The notes below the pieces were generated by a model. It saw only the letters and a list, made by a program, of their open reading frames with translations. It made no database searches and was not told where the DNA came from. A stretch of DNA of 63,129 nt, the filler included, from Reticulomyxa filosa (Eukaryota; Protista; Foraminifera), in assembly GCA_000512085.1 (NCBI GenBank). It is 12 parts of 12 records of this genome, joined end to end, with 100 filler letters (N's around TTAATTAATTAA, not from the genome) between each part and the next. Parts side by side here need not be neighbours in the genome. Positions count along the whole stretch, not along the records: positions 11,859 to 18,252 come from ASPP01000320.1; positions 18,353 to 28,313 come from ASPP01003277.1; 10 more parts are not named here. One strand, 5' to 3'. Of this stretch, positions 11,859 to 26,563 are shown piece after piece (the stretch's first letter is position 1; each line of letters begins with the position of its first letter). The position numbers and the translations under genes are program-made.

Positions 11859-12504
11859 ACATCATGAGCACTACAAGTCACAAAAAAGAAAGTTTGTCAA
11901 ATCAAGCAAGGCATTTGCAGTTACATGTAATAGAAATTGGTTTAAAATAAAAAAAATTGAATGTGGAACGCCACATATGGAATTTTGGCGAGGTTTTTGT
12001 GTGACATTTTCCCGTGTGTCCTGCGCACATTAAAAGTTAAGTGAACTGCACACATCACTACAACTTCATTTTTTGCACATTTGGATAAGCAGGTGTCAAT
12101 ATCCTTTGTGTTCAGTGCTGGATAATGCCAAGAAAGTATCGTTGCTTCTATCTTTATAGCCTCTTTTGACAAAACTTGAAAATCTTTTTTTGTGTTGATT
12201 GCAAATAGTGCTCATATTTGAAAATTTATAATTTTCCGGAGAAGCTTGAACAAAACTTGTTAAATTTGCTCATGGATAACAGTACATACATACCTACAAA
12301 CCAGTCTTGTGAATAGTGAAAGATTGTTCAATTGTAAACATGTTGTTTTCACAAATAAAGCTCTTTGTTTTTTTCAGTCAAAAACATAATCCACACAACA
12401 GCAAAAAAAAAATTTCAAAAGTGCTTGGCGACACAAACATCTTTGTGAAAATCGACAAAAAGAGGGTTGGCTTTGTGTAACAAGGACTGTTCTAAGGTCT
12501 ATGT

Positions 12505-13958
<1,454 letters not shown>

Positions 13959-14536
13959 GGCTTTTCGAGGTCAGAATAATCAACAACGAAAAAAATATAC
14001 CAGCTGGGAGAATATAATATAAACAAAGAGGTTTTTTGTGTGTTTTTTTAAACAAAATTTTTCATATACACTTATTGCTAAATGACAGATTTGAGAAAGT
14101 AAGACCACAAAACCATTGAATTTCACAATTGAAGCAATCAAATCTTTTACTTTGTGTAGATCCTCATAGAATGGGGAAAAAAATTAGAAGAAGTGTACAC
14201 AGAAAAGAAAAAATTTGGATTGGCAAATTTACATAAAATAAAGAGATAAAAGAATAATACAACAGAGCAGAACACTTCGCTACGTCATTTTATTTCAGAG
14301 AAGGGGTGAGCCAAAAAGAGGAAAAGTTCTGTTGAAAATAATAAGGGGCTTGAAAATCAATTTTTGATTCTTTTTTCTTTCCCCCGCTCAAGTTTGTCTC
14401 TTGGAACAAGAACTAGCGTTTGACTTTTTAATATTGTTTTTTAATATTTTCCTCCCGATATTCCTTTCGCGTTTCTCCACGACAAAACCAGAAAAGGAGG
14501 AGGCAGTAAATTGTCGATAATCTGTGTCCAGTGAAG

Positions 14537-15235
14537 ATGAGCAATCCAAAAAGCCAAGCAATGAGCGGCAAAAGTGGACTGGCATTGATTCCAGACCATC
14601 GAATATCACAATTGCAAGTGCAAGTGAAAACAAAAGCGAATAGCAGCAGCAATAGCAACAGCAATAGTAACAGCAATAGCAATAGCAATAGCAATAGTAA
14701 TAGTAATAATAACAATAACAATAATAACAATAACAATAATAATAATAATAATAACAATAATAATAATAGCAATAATAATAATATAACAAATAGTACAAGC
14801 ACAACGCAAATAGATGGAGGGAGTGGCAGTAGCAATAGCAAAAGATTGGCGAATGGGGCAAGACGAAGCACTGATAATGGATTGATACAAGAGATAAAAA
14901 ATATGACAATGACAGAAGGAACAGGAGCCCAAAAGGCAAAAAAGAAAGCGGGCAGTAGCAACGCGACCGCAGCGAACGACGATCAAGAGACGAATCTGTT
15001 GAATCAATTGGTGGACAACTACATCAAAATCCCAGAAAACATCGACTACTCACAAATGGGCAGTAGGGCTGCAAATGGCAGCACGAAAAAGCCACTTTTG
15101 AATAAACAAAAACTGAAGCAAAAACGAAGCAAATTCGACACTGCCGACGATAATGACAATGACAATAACAATGATGATAATGATGATAATGATGATAATG
15201 ATGATAATGATGATAATGATGATAACAACAATAAC

Positions 15236-15267
<32 letters not shown>

Positions 15268-15548
15268 TAGCAACAATGACAACAATCACAATTTCATGGA
15301 AAAAATGAGTGCAAAAAATGAATTGAAATTTGACTCGTTTGACGACGACGCAACGACCGCAGACATGGGCAGTGTGCAAGGCAGAGACTCGACTACCGCC
15401 TCGTCTGCGAGCTCCACTGGCTCTCTCTCCAAAGATAGCAGCGAACCAACCGCTTGCGATTACCAAGTGCCTTTGCAAGATAAAACCCGATTTCGATGTG
15501 ACTTCCAATCGGTTTCTGAAGTCGCTTATCGGTTTAGGGATATATACA

Positions 15549-15582
<34 letters not shown>

Positions 15583-15851
15583 AATAGAGATGAATTTAAA
15601 AAAACAAAGATTTCAGTTTATTTGCGATGCGTATCGTCGTTGCAAAAGTGGAAAGTTTCGACAGGATGACTTTCAAAACTTGGAAAAGTGCATAAATATG
15701 GTATATAAGCAAATCATAAAATCGTATAGAAAAGACGCGTCCAAAGACAATGACAAGGACAAGAGTCAAAGTCAAATCAAAAAAGGTGCAATTTCCAAAG
15801 ACAAGTCTGAAAAAAAAGAAGAGGAGAATGAGGATGATGATGAAGACAGTG

Positions 15852-15888
<37 letters not shown>

Positions 15889-17253
15889 TAATAATAACAA
15901 GGAAAAAAGCGATTCATTTTTTTTGAAACGGACGAATTAATAAAAACGCCACCATTAAAACGCATGGCATCTCCACGCTGTGTGCAGTGCCAAGTATCGT
16001 TTTCCTCGCGTCACTTTTATACCATTTGTGGACACGGCGTGTGCTATCGTTGCTTGCTGAACGCGTTCAACGCCCCTCCCAAGTCCTCCAAAGTCACATG
16101 GTATTTATGTCCAAAGGACTGTTGCGAGGTGCCTCTGCCGCCCGAAACGCACTTTTTTGCATTGTCGCACAAGCCAAGTGAGTTTGATCTGTCATTAAAC
16201 AATTCGACAAACGAAAACAAAGGCACTGCCAAAGCAAGTAATTCAAGCAATTCAAGCAATGAAAATACTAATAACAATGAAACAAGGAAAGAGCAGCTTT
16301 CCAATTACAAGCGATTGCGCAACAACAGCTACAAAAACATGCTTAAAGTCATTGGCGAGTACTTTGGAAACAAATTACGAAAATACGAGCGTTGGCGCAA
16401 ATGTGAAAACTGCGAATTTGGTTTTTTGGCCGATCCGGATGTGAATTGGCATCAAATCTTTGAATTAAAGTGTGTTGTTTGTCAATCCGTACAACGTGTT
16501 CAATTAATTGCTCCCGGCATTTGTCAATGGATTTCCTTGAAAAAACACTTTGTCCCATCCGATGTCGCCTTTGACAAAACCATCCTCTTCATTCGCCACG
16601 GACAGGCCTTCAACAATATCCGTCCACCTGATCTTAGTCTCTTGGTCGATCCGAGCTTAACCGAACAAGGCAGACTTCAATGCCAACAATTACGACTGTC
16701 TTTGTTACATTACTTGCGTTTCGATGCCATTTTCGTCTCTCCGATGAATCGAACGTTAGAAACTGCATCTTTAGCACTGGAAGACAAGGTTTATACACAC
16801 TGCATATGCATATGCATATGCATATTTATTTATTTACATATATACATATGTGTCAGTATTGCCTTATAAGAATTTCTTTGCTAAAAATAAAAAAAGAGTG
16901 TTCCAGTTGTTGCTTGTGAGTTGCTACGTGAACGAATGTCCCCTCATTTTAATCGTCGACAAACAATCGAAGAAAAGAAAAAAAAATACGGATGGATCGA
17001 CTTTGCTCTGTGCGAACATAACGAGGATCTTCTATTTGATCGATTGCGCAAAAATGAAAGTTACGAAGCTATGAACGAACGAGCGTGGCATTTTTATGAG
17101 TTTTTAATGAAACGCAAAGAAAAATGCATTGCTATTGTTTCCCACGAAGGACTACTCTCTTGTCTAATTCATGTTATTGATTCTTCCAAAGAGCTACGTA
17201 AACCTTTCAAAAATGCCGAAGCTAGAATGTGTTTTATTGTCAATCCAAGATAG
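14537..17253 (+). CDS. Asn/Asp-rich protein with RING and IBR-like zinc fingers and a C-terminal histidine phosphatase (PGAM-like) domain
   Basis: RING CVQC..CGHGVCYRC..CPKDCC; CENC..CVVC; FIRHGQA (RHG 16594-16602); LTEQG; SPMNRTLET; VSHEG. ORFs are linked by predicted introns and a T-run frameshift near 15920. Confidence 0.7.
14640..14785 (+). repeat. Coding microsatellite (AGCAAT)n/(AAT)n encoding Ser-Asn and poly-Asn
   Basis: Visible tandem repeats; similar tracts at 15150-15285, 15852-15897, 4795-4845 and 42551-42595. Confidence 0.9.
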
Positions 17254-18252
17254 CTTCCCCCTTCCCTCTTTTTTTTTTGTCTTGAAGGTTCATCAATTTC
17301 TAAACTGATCCCAACAAAGTCAAAGCAAATGAAACGAACTTATTAATAACAACAATTAATTAATAAAGTTTTTTGTTTTTCCCATGTACAATCAATGACA
17401 TAAGTCATTGCATGTGTCATATTTTTATAGTTTTGTTTGTATGACTATGGACTGTTTTGAGAAAACGTTTACTTATTTGTTCTGTTTTTTGTTTGTTTGT
17501 TTGTTTGTTTGTTGTTTGTGTTTTACTTTATTTTGCTGTTTTTAATACAAAAATGGGTTCGATGAGAGGGAGGAGTTTGCAGAGTTGGCGTTATCCGTCT
17601 TTTTGTTCGTTTTTCTTTTTTCAAGAAACAATTTGTACTTTAATCAATACTTGTTTTGGTAGTTCCTTTTTTTTGAAAAGCTTGAAAACTAAGCTATAAA
17701 TTAACAAAATTGAGCACAAGGCACTGCAAATATTTAATGTCTTCCTTATTGCGTGTTTTTTTGTGATTGTCTTTCTTGAAAATTTAGTTACAAATGAATT
17801 CTTCATAATTTTTTCAACTACGATCGTCGCCAAGACTTTATTTGTATGTTTTTATATCTTTGTTTTCTGAAAAAAGAAAACAAATACATCTTGTACAAGT
17901 GGATTATTTTATTGTGAACAAAAAAAAAATTGACTACATTAAAATCTAATTATAGTTTTTATAAATCTAAAAATTATATTCTAATTTGGCAAAGCCAACT
18001 CCAACAGTAACATATACTCCAAAGTAATATCTAAAAAGGCAAAAATTGAATTGATTCGATATATTCACTGAATTAGTAATAATTGTTATAAAAAATTCGC
18101 AAAACAAGTCAGTCCTACAAATATTAAATAAGATAATCTACACACGCATTTAAACACATTTGCAAGCGCACCATCAAAAATATAAGGATCAACAAAAAAA
18201 AGGTGTATTTTGGTGAAATCCTTTTTTAATTATCATCTTTGTATGCGTTCCC

Positions 18253-18352
18253 NNNNNNNNNNNNNNNNNNNNNNNNNNNNNNNNNNNNNNNNNNNNTTAA
18301 TTAATTAANNNNNNNNNNNNNNNNNNNNNNNNNNNNNNNNNNNNNNNNNNNN
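18253..18352. other. Artificial contig linker
   Basis: 44N-TTAATTAATTAA-44N. Confidence 0.98.
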
Positions 18353-19872
18353 AAAATACTACTTTTTAAGAAAAGTTAATATTAATGATGAAGTGCGTAA
18401 ATATTATTTTTTTTTTATAAATTAGTTCACCATTTTACACTAGTTTCTTCAATACCATCAGGACATTGCATTGTTAAACTCAACTATTTCCTAAAAAAAC
18501 GTATAATATAATATTCGCAAAAAATCAAAAAATCAAAAACAAAAATTTGTACGTAACTGATTCTTGAAGCTTTTTTCTCGTCTAAAAGTTCATTGCACAT
18601 CACTAGCATTATCATTTTTATTATATTCTCCATTGATCTCTTCTTACTTTCATTCACCAGAACTTTCTAAATCCAGATTTCAGCTATCCGGGTACCAAAC
18701 AGAATCAAATCTAAATTCATCGGTGGTACAGTATGCTAACTCGACTGCACATCGTTCGTGATTTCAATCACAACATCATTAGTCACTGATTGTAATGGTG
18801 GATCATGCATGTTAATGGCTTCGTCATTGTCGTTATGTTGATTATCACACATTATCAACAAATAATAACTTTAACAAGTTAATTAGCTAAAAAAAGCAAA
18901 AAAACACAAGCAAAAAGTGAAGAATTAATTTTTGACATTGACCCTAGCTCAGTCCCTGTGAATATTATTATTTTGCAAAAGTGTGTGGAGATATCGTTAA
19001 AACACCAAATAAATATTTCAATACAACTCTTCAAAATAAACATAAATATATAATTATATCTTTCTTATTAAAACATTTCCTATTCGGTGTAGATCTCAGT
19101 CATTTTACTTAGATTGTAATACTAAAAAATTGATATTGGAATGAGTCTTCAATAAAATAAAAGTAAATTAATAAAAAGATAAATCACGAGACACAAGACA
19201 AAAATGAAAATAAAAAAATAATGAAAAGACTTTCGTGAAAGTGAAAAAGAAAAGTTTTAGTAACAAAAAGGTTCGAGTCCCTTCACACTTTGATCACATT
19301 TAGTAGTGCGTTGCCCTGCATACATAATAACAAACATTCAAATTCGTTTTATTCCCACCAAGTCATTAACACTATCACATACAAAGGAATGGTTATATTC
19401 TTTCTAATATTTCATAAATAGCGAATATCACCGTTGATAGATTGCATTGTTTCATTACACTATGCGATCAAACATAACACGGGTGCCATTGGCATGAATA
19501 CATGCTGAGAAAGAGTTTTATCTAACGTCCCATGATTGTTGCATTATCCTCGTCAATAAAAATACTGCTTTGGATTCCCAACAACCCATTCAAAAAGACA
19601 TTGTTGGAAGATTGATCTAGTTGTGGGTGCATTGTTTTTTGATGAAAGTTATTCCATTTTGTTACCGATGTCTCAAGGGAATGCCAACCAAAATGATAGT
19701 GATGAAAGTCAAAGTGGAAGTCATAAAAAAAAGAAGTAATAAAATAAACCAACAATAACAACAAATGGAAGCAAAAATGAAAGGAATGTTTTACAAAAGT
19801 TTTTCTGTTTTCATTTGAAAAGGATGAGCATCTACTTGCATAGTGTGAGCAGAGGTTTTTGAAGCATTGTGT

Positions 19873-21287
19873 TCATTCTCCTTCCGTGTTGTGGAAGTGA
19901 CAGAAGAGGGGAATGGCATGGATAAGACTGGAAAAAAATGTGATGGTACAGTCAAATTGGGAGTTTTGAAGAGGAGTAGAAGAAGGATAGGGAGTGGTGG
20001 TGGCAGTTGTAGCGGTGGCTGTTGTCGTTGCTGTGATTGTTGGTACAGTCGAGAGAGTAGAAGGAAGACGAGTGTTGTCATTGGAAGTGTTATTAAAAAG
20101 CATATTGAGACCACAAGAGTTGGTGACATCACTTGGAAAGTTCATCATTGCACTGATATCAATATCATTATAATTGTGATTATTATACTCATCATCATCA
20201 TTATAATTCTCATCACTGTTACAAATAGTGGAGGTCGAATTCGTGTGCAAAGCGTCCTGGTCGAGAAACTCATCGCCGTCGTCGTGCGAAATTGATTGCT
20301 GCAAAGAAGATTTCCCAGTCGTGTGTGCATAATACAAGGATAATATATCAGGGCGGGATAACGCCTGGTCAATCAAATGTGCAATGTACAATATTTTCGC
20401 ATTTTCATCAGCAAAGTCCAGACTCATGCCTTTTCGGATTATGTCCTTCATTTTTTTTATTTTTTAAAAATCAAAATTAAAATGGACACATGTGTATATA
20501 TGTCATAATTATACGTACACACATGCACAAAAAAAGCCCCGTTACAATTGAAATGGGACAGTAAAAGATTAGTCATAAAAAAAAAAAAAAAATGTCAAAC
20601 CTGAACATCTGGACGAGATTCCAAAATCTCCAACAAGGAATTAACTTGATCTTCTTCGATTTTAGTCGCTTCCGGCCCCGTTTTGGACTCAAGTACCGGG
20701 TTGGTTATTACGCTGCTTTGTTGCATTGCTCGCAATTTGGTGCCGTCTGCTGTCAACTTTGCTTTCATTGTTCGACGACGACAAGCTGCGCAACGACATT
20801 CGTCTTGGCAGGAGGGACACACAAATCTTTTTGTTTTGTTTCATTGCCAAAATATGTAAATTCAATGCATAGTTGTGTATGTAAATACATTGCTGACTTA
20901 CGTACATACAAACATACTCAGCGCATTATATACATAGTATTACCTCCAGGCCCCAATGTCGATCATATACTGTGGAGCATAAAATGTTTGGATACAATGT
21001 AAACAGTATTTTTTAACACACGCACGCCTACGCTTTCGGCTATTTGCTCCTTTAAATGTGCCACTATTGCTACAACGAACCATGTTTTTCAATGGTGTTC
21101 TTTTTTTACAATGATGGCAACTTGTCCCTTCTCCACGCTTTTTCCCGGAAAGGTTGTTCTTCACACTATTCGAATGACTTGACGGTGTTTTATTGCTGCT
21201 TTCATTTTCGGTGTCTTCCATTTGTACAAAATGAGGCATTTTTGTTACATCTTCTAGTTCAAAATTTGGTATCAGCGGCATGTCCAT
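19873..21287 (-). CDS. zf-4CXXC_R1 (CDCA7/R1-type) zinc-finger protein, multi-exon; 3' end uncertain
   Basis: SCHHCKKRT..C..CVKKYCLHCI..FY..AWR|..CPSCQDECRCAACRRR matches the zf-4CXXC_R1 Cys spacing; NLS-like RKRRR. Confidence 0.7.
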
Positions 21288-21499
21288 TTGTGTCGTAAGG
21301 TCTTTTATTTTTTTTTACGGCCCTTTCTACTTGCAAAAAAAAAATTTTTTTCTATGTAAGTATGTGCAAAAGTGTTGCAAATAAAAACAACTTCTGAAAA
21401 AAACTCAAAAAGATTTAAAATAATTGGTAAGATGCACATTTAAAACTTTAAGACGCTGAACAAAAGTTTCTAAAAAAAGAGCTTTGTTTTTTTAAAAAA

Positions 21500-24039
21500 A
21501 TGAGTCAATTACTCACTAAATTGAGAGAACTAGATACAAGATATAAAGCAAATAACAGTAAAGCAATACTCTAACATATTTTTAAAAAAAATTGTAAAAC
21601 TCTGTCACAAGCAAGCAAACAAAACAACTTAGGACAATATGCGTCTGAGCCGAAAAAATTGAGTCAGTTTATTAACAAAGCTGTGCACGACTTTGCAGAA
21701 ATATCTCACAACGATATAGCTTCAAACTGGGAATGGATTGTGAACGGAAGAGAAAAAGAGCCATCGTATAGTTTATCAACGAACAGACAAATATCGAGTT
21801 TAAATCAGAAGGGGACCACGTGGCCAAATGGTACTTATTCACTATGCCATATATACCCTCTTATAAAAAAAATAGATATCTTATTTTCCTTTGCCTCTTT
21901 GCACGTACAATAAAAAAAAAAGAAGACATGGAAAGAAAAGAGGAAAAAAAGACAAAAGAAAGAATCTGCAAGAATTATAATGGATTGAATGGGTGTTGTG
22001 TGGACGCATGTCCAAATAAACACATTTCACCGCCTTGGTGTTTGACACTGTATCATGCACTCGACGTCCCTTCGGAAAATATCTTGAGCATGGCCAAGGG
22101 TTTGTGTATTGAGAAGGCAATGAAGCCATTTTTAACCTATTTCTATGTTTGTCCATTCTCTTTTTTTTAAAAATAGCTCAAAATGCCGACGAGGACATTA
22201 TTATCCATTGTTATCCCGACTATCAAGACTGCTTCACTCTGGAGTTTGCTTCCTCCGAAGTTTTGTCACGCGCTGCAATGTTTTAGGAAGGGAAAACACA
22301 GATTGGTCGTTTGCGTTGTGCTAAGTAGAGAAGGGACAATGTTAGCAAGGAGATGCGACATTTGTGTGAGTTGTCCAAAGACACTCCAAAACAGGCCTAT
22401 GCCAGATTGAGTTGGGTTGCTTTTCGGAGTTCACACAAACAAACAAAAAGCAGTTCAATGATAGCCTTTACTATTTTGTTGTTATTTCATATAAAAAACA
22501 GATGGTGCAAATAACGAAAGATCCAATGTTATATGGGTAAGTATATCGTATTGTTTACCTTATTATATACACAGCATATATCGTCCACACATTACAAACA
22601 AAAGGAATGGCAAGACGATACGGGACAGTGGAATCCATATCCATTATATTTCATCCAAGAATTCGAAATGGCCAAGATAAACGAGCCAGTTCTTTTTTTT
22701 GCCAAAACCCAAATCACGCAATTCCAAACTCAAACAACATATCCTTTGCAAATGATGACAGGTGTGTTTTAAGTACAACAATACCGCCGTGTACGTGCGG
22801 AAACAAAATGAAAAGCAAGGCGTTCAAGTCAATGTAACCACAAAAAAGAAGAGATCGGTTCAGCGAAGAGACAATCCCAAGCCCAGTTTTTTCTTTTTTT
22901 TTTTAAAAAAAAAACTTTGGAGCAAACACAAGTAATAATAAATAATAGCAATGCTGAGCAGAAGTCAGTCTGAACCGATAAGCAGTGGATACGCAGATAA
23001 TCGAGTAAACAGAGACTCTGTCTTCAATTCCACTTCCAACTCCAATTCTAATTCCACGTTCACTTCACACAAATATTCCAATTTCAATGATGTTTCTTAT
23101 GCCAATTATGTGTGGGTCAGTAACATCTCTGCTTATCTTGCTTTTTTTTTTTACATAAGTTAATAATAGCAATAAATAACTAATAAATACTGGTAAAAAG
23201 GAATCATTAGAAGAAGACGGAAATTTTGCACCCTATGACAGAGATGTCGCTGAACAACTTGAAAAAATTCGTGTGGGTGACACAGTTCTGTATGGTTTTG
23301 ATATTTTTTTGTTATTTTTTAAATCATTCACTTTTCTTTTAAATTAAAAAAAAAAAAAAAGATGCAATTCCAAAAAGACAAGACCGCCTTCACACTCGAA
23401 AAATTGGATAATACAATGGGTCTTCAAACCAACACATCCACATTGAAAAAGCAATTCTTTCAAAGAAGAGATGCTGAAAAAGACGCGTTCAAACTCGCCA
23501 CTGCTACCAATAGTTACATAAAAATTTCATTTGATTTTTTTTTTTTTTTTGGACTGACTCCATTTTTTTTTTTATCACAAAAACAAACGTGTGAAATTAT
23601 GGATCAGGCTTGCACAAAATGAATATCTCAAGTCCAACTACAAAGAATTATGTGTGGGGTAATTATTTGTTGTTTTGCTTTTTGTTGGTGATACAATTGT
23701 GTTCATACACTACATTTTCCTCAACCTTTTGTTTCAATGTTTTGTAAATCATTTGTTAGAATGGGAAAGTGAAGATGGATTTAAATCCTATACCTCGGAC
23801 ATATCGCAGAAGCTCGACAATTGCAAGAAAGGAGAAAAAGTTGGCAATTTTCAACACATATTTGTCACTTACCTTTTTTTGGATTGTACTGTCAGGGTTG
23901 CAACTTGTGTGAAAATAAACAGATTTCTCTTGTCATTTCGGCGACTCACTACATATTGCACAAACAAAGTGATTCAGAGGGCACTCAGGAAAATACCAAA
24001 ACCAAAAATATAAGAAAGCTTCGTCGGGTACCTAGATAA
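21500..24039 (+). CDS. CCCH zinc finger plus multiple WWE-domain protein (many small exons)
   Basis: CKNYNGLNGCCVDACPNKH; WWE-like starts EWQDDTGQWNPY, W|ESLEEDGNFAPYD and EWESEDGFKSY; WWE-like ends QTNTSTLKK..QRR and QENTKTKNIRKLRR*. Confidence 0.55.
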
Positions 24040-24385
24040 ATATATGTCTTTTATTACGTAAAACATAGTCTCACTTGAGTTGACAACACTTTTTTTTTTG
24101 ACAAAAAGATTGTTATGCATTCTTTCATTTTGCCTTTTCACTGTACTTTATGTTTTTGCAATCAAAATATTGCTTGATCTTTTTTTCGAACATACAAGAC
24201 ACGCAAAACGGGCATCAGTGCACCGAAAATTCATCATTACTTTCAATACGTTTTTTAAAAATTTAATCTCGACATATCCAGCTTAATGATTTTTTGATTT
24301 TTTTTGCAAAAAATATCAATGAAACTCTCTTCGAAGTAATGCAAAAAAAAAGCCTGAAAACCGAAAAAGGGACATCTCCACTTGG

Positions 24386-25201
24386 ATGGCAACATCAAAT
24401 ATAAAAAATTTGTCCCACTACTATTGGGGCAACCCTACTGCCCACATCAATTGGTGCGAAGAAGATTATGTAATTGTTCCATGGATAGCAGAATTCCATA
24501 ACACCTGGACGAGCTTGTTGTTCACAGTTTCAGGAATAAACGCTCTTCGTGTTTGTTACAAATGGAAACTGCCTTATGTGTATGGCATTGGTTGTTTTGC
24601 ACTGATAAATACCGGTATTTGGAGTGCCTATTTTCACGCATCATTAAAATGGCATGGGCAAAAACTAGATGAAATATCAGAAACGATAACCTTGCTATGC
24701 TTTTTACACTCATTTCAACAACCCAACATTTACTTGTTAATATTGCATATGGTTACAAGTGTGATTGGAATATTATTTATTGAAAAATGGTTTTGTGAGA
24801 TACATTTGATTGCAGTGGTACTTTTATGCTTGTTTCAATTTTATTATTTATTACAATCAAATCGTTATTCATTCGCAAAACATTTTCCAAACATTGGCGT
24901 TGGTTGGAATGTTTTTTCCAAAATTGCAACATTTGCGTTAATTGCGGCAATTACATGGTTATGTGATCGAGTGTTTTGTTACAATTTTTTCCACAAAGTG
25001 TTCAACCCGCAGCTCCATGCTTATGGTTGGCATGCCTTTGCTTGTTTGAGTTTGAACGAAACCATTATTGGCATTGCAGTTATGCATTTGATCGAAAGAA
25101 ATAAAAACTTACAATTAAGAATTTGTACTTTTTTCTTTGGTTCTATCAGTTATGATGTAGAAATATCCAACCAGTCTTTGTTGTCCAAGAAAATCGAATA
25201 G
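24386..25201 (+). CDS. ACER: Alkaline ceramidase (CREST superfamily, 7-TM), intronless
   Basis: YWG..TA.INWCEEDY; IAEFHNT; SAYFHASL..GQKLDE; QLHAYGWH zinc-binding His motifs. Confidence 0.9.
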   Translation: MATSNIKNLSHYYWGNPTAHINWCEEDYVIVPWIAEFHNTWTSLLFTVSGINALRVCYKWKLPYVYGIGCFALINTGIWSAYFHASLKWHGQKLDEISETITLLCFLHSFQQPNIYLLILHMVTSVIGILFIEKWFCEIHLIAVVLLCLFQFYYLLQSNRYSFAKHFPNIGVGWNVFSKIATFALIAAITWLCDRVFCYNFFHKVFNPQLHAYGWHAFACLSLNETIIGIAVMHLIERNKNLQLRICTFFFGSISYDVEISNQSLLSKKIE

Positions 25202-25594
25202 CCAAATAAAATACTTTTTTAATCCAATATTTTGTATCTCGAATGAATTTGAATAATTTAAAGCAAACTGTTCATTTTGCGTTTATTCATACTGTTATTT
25301 GTTCTCTACCTTCCTTTGTTTTTGGCTCGTTGCTTTGTGTGATGGCCCGTGTGTTATTTTCATACAATTATGTTTTTAAATCCGCAACTTGAACCTTTTG
25401 GCTTGGTTGTTGTGTTTTGCAATTTGTTATTATTTTCAATTTAAAAAAATTTACCTCATCCTTTGTCGTAAAGGTTAAATTAACGTTGAGAACAGTACTT
25501 TTTGATTTTTTGTCGATATAGAATATAGAAAAAAAAGAAAAACTCATAAAAATAATAAAAAATTAGCAACAAAAAAATAAATAGATTCGCATCT

Positions 25595-26527
25595 TCAAAC
25601 AATAAATTGTTGCCGTGTGGCAGAGTCTTCGTTTTGTCTTGCAGTCTCGTAATAGTAGTCGTCTCTAATGTGAACATGCTGATCAGGTTCTCCATTTACT
25701 TCTTGTGCAGCACTCATTTCAACATTGTCATTTGGACTTGCTCGCTAAATGAGCCATTCACAAACAAAAAAGAAAGTGAGTTAGAGTACAGTGCGACTAC
25801 AAAAAAACAAAAACTTGTTTGGGGGCACTTTTAACTGATTTGTTTGGTTGTCTATCCTGCGACTTGTCATCTCGATGAGGTGGATCGATGACATAATCCA
25901 TACATTGACTGCATATGACAACAGCGATGGAAAAAAAAGCGATCAGCATCAAACCTCTTGTTATATGAAAAAGATCTCCAAATAGCGTGACACAGCTAAC
26001 CTCTTTGTAATCTCCATAAATTTTTCCAATGAACCACAGCTTGCAAAATCATACAGAATTGCGTCAAAGCGCTCAAACAATGGATCCAATAAGCAAGATA
26101 CATTGCGAAGATCAGCTTCTAGGTGTTCAGCAACACCAACGACCTCATAGTAGGCTTGATATAATTTTCGGTTGCTTTTGTGGATACCGTTGATGTATGA
26201 ACGAATTTCATTTATTTTCTATTTTTTCGTTACAATCGTATTACACTTAATATTTGTGTCCGGAAAAAAACATACTTGATACTCAGCAGCAGCAGCTTCA
26301 TAAGCTTCAAGGTAGTAAACAGAGCAAGAGGCACTCGTACAAATGGCTTGTTCCCAACACGAGCCATTATTACCGACACATGTGTTATTGATTAGAACTG
26401 CACGATCATATTCATGGATGGACGGATCTGCCACACAACGGCAATTCGCGTCGTTTAACGTCTTAATTTTTTCATCTGTTACAGAAGTAAATTCAGTTTC
26501 GTCCAACAGCGCAATTTCAGTTTCGAT

Positions 26528-26563
<36 letters not shown>

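Noticed and set aside
14388-15508. Minus-strand poly-Leu, poly-Tyr/Cys and poly-Ile ORFs (similar shadow ORFs at 42434-42734, 45576-45858, 52966-53634)
   Set aside because: Antisense or alternate-frame shadows of (AAT)n/(GAT)n coding microsatellites.
19270-19282. GGTTCGAGTCCC tRNA T-loop/B-box motif
   Set aside because: Upstream sequence is A-rich with no D-arm, anticodon arm or acceptor stem.
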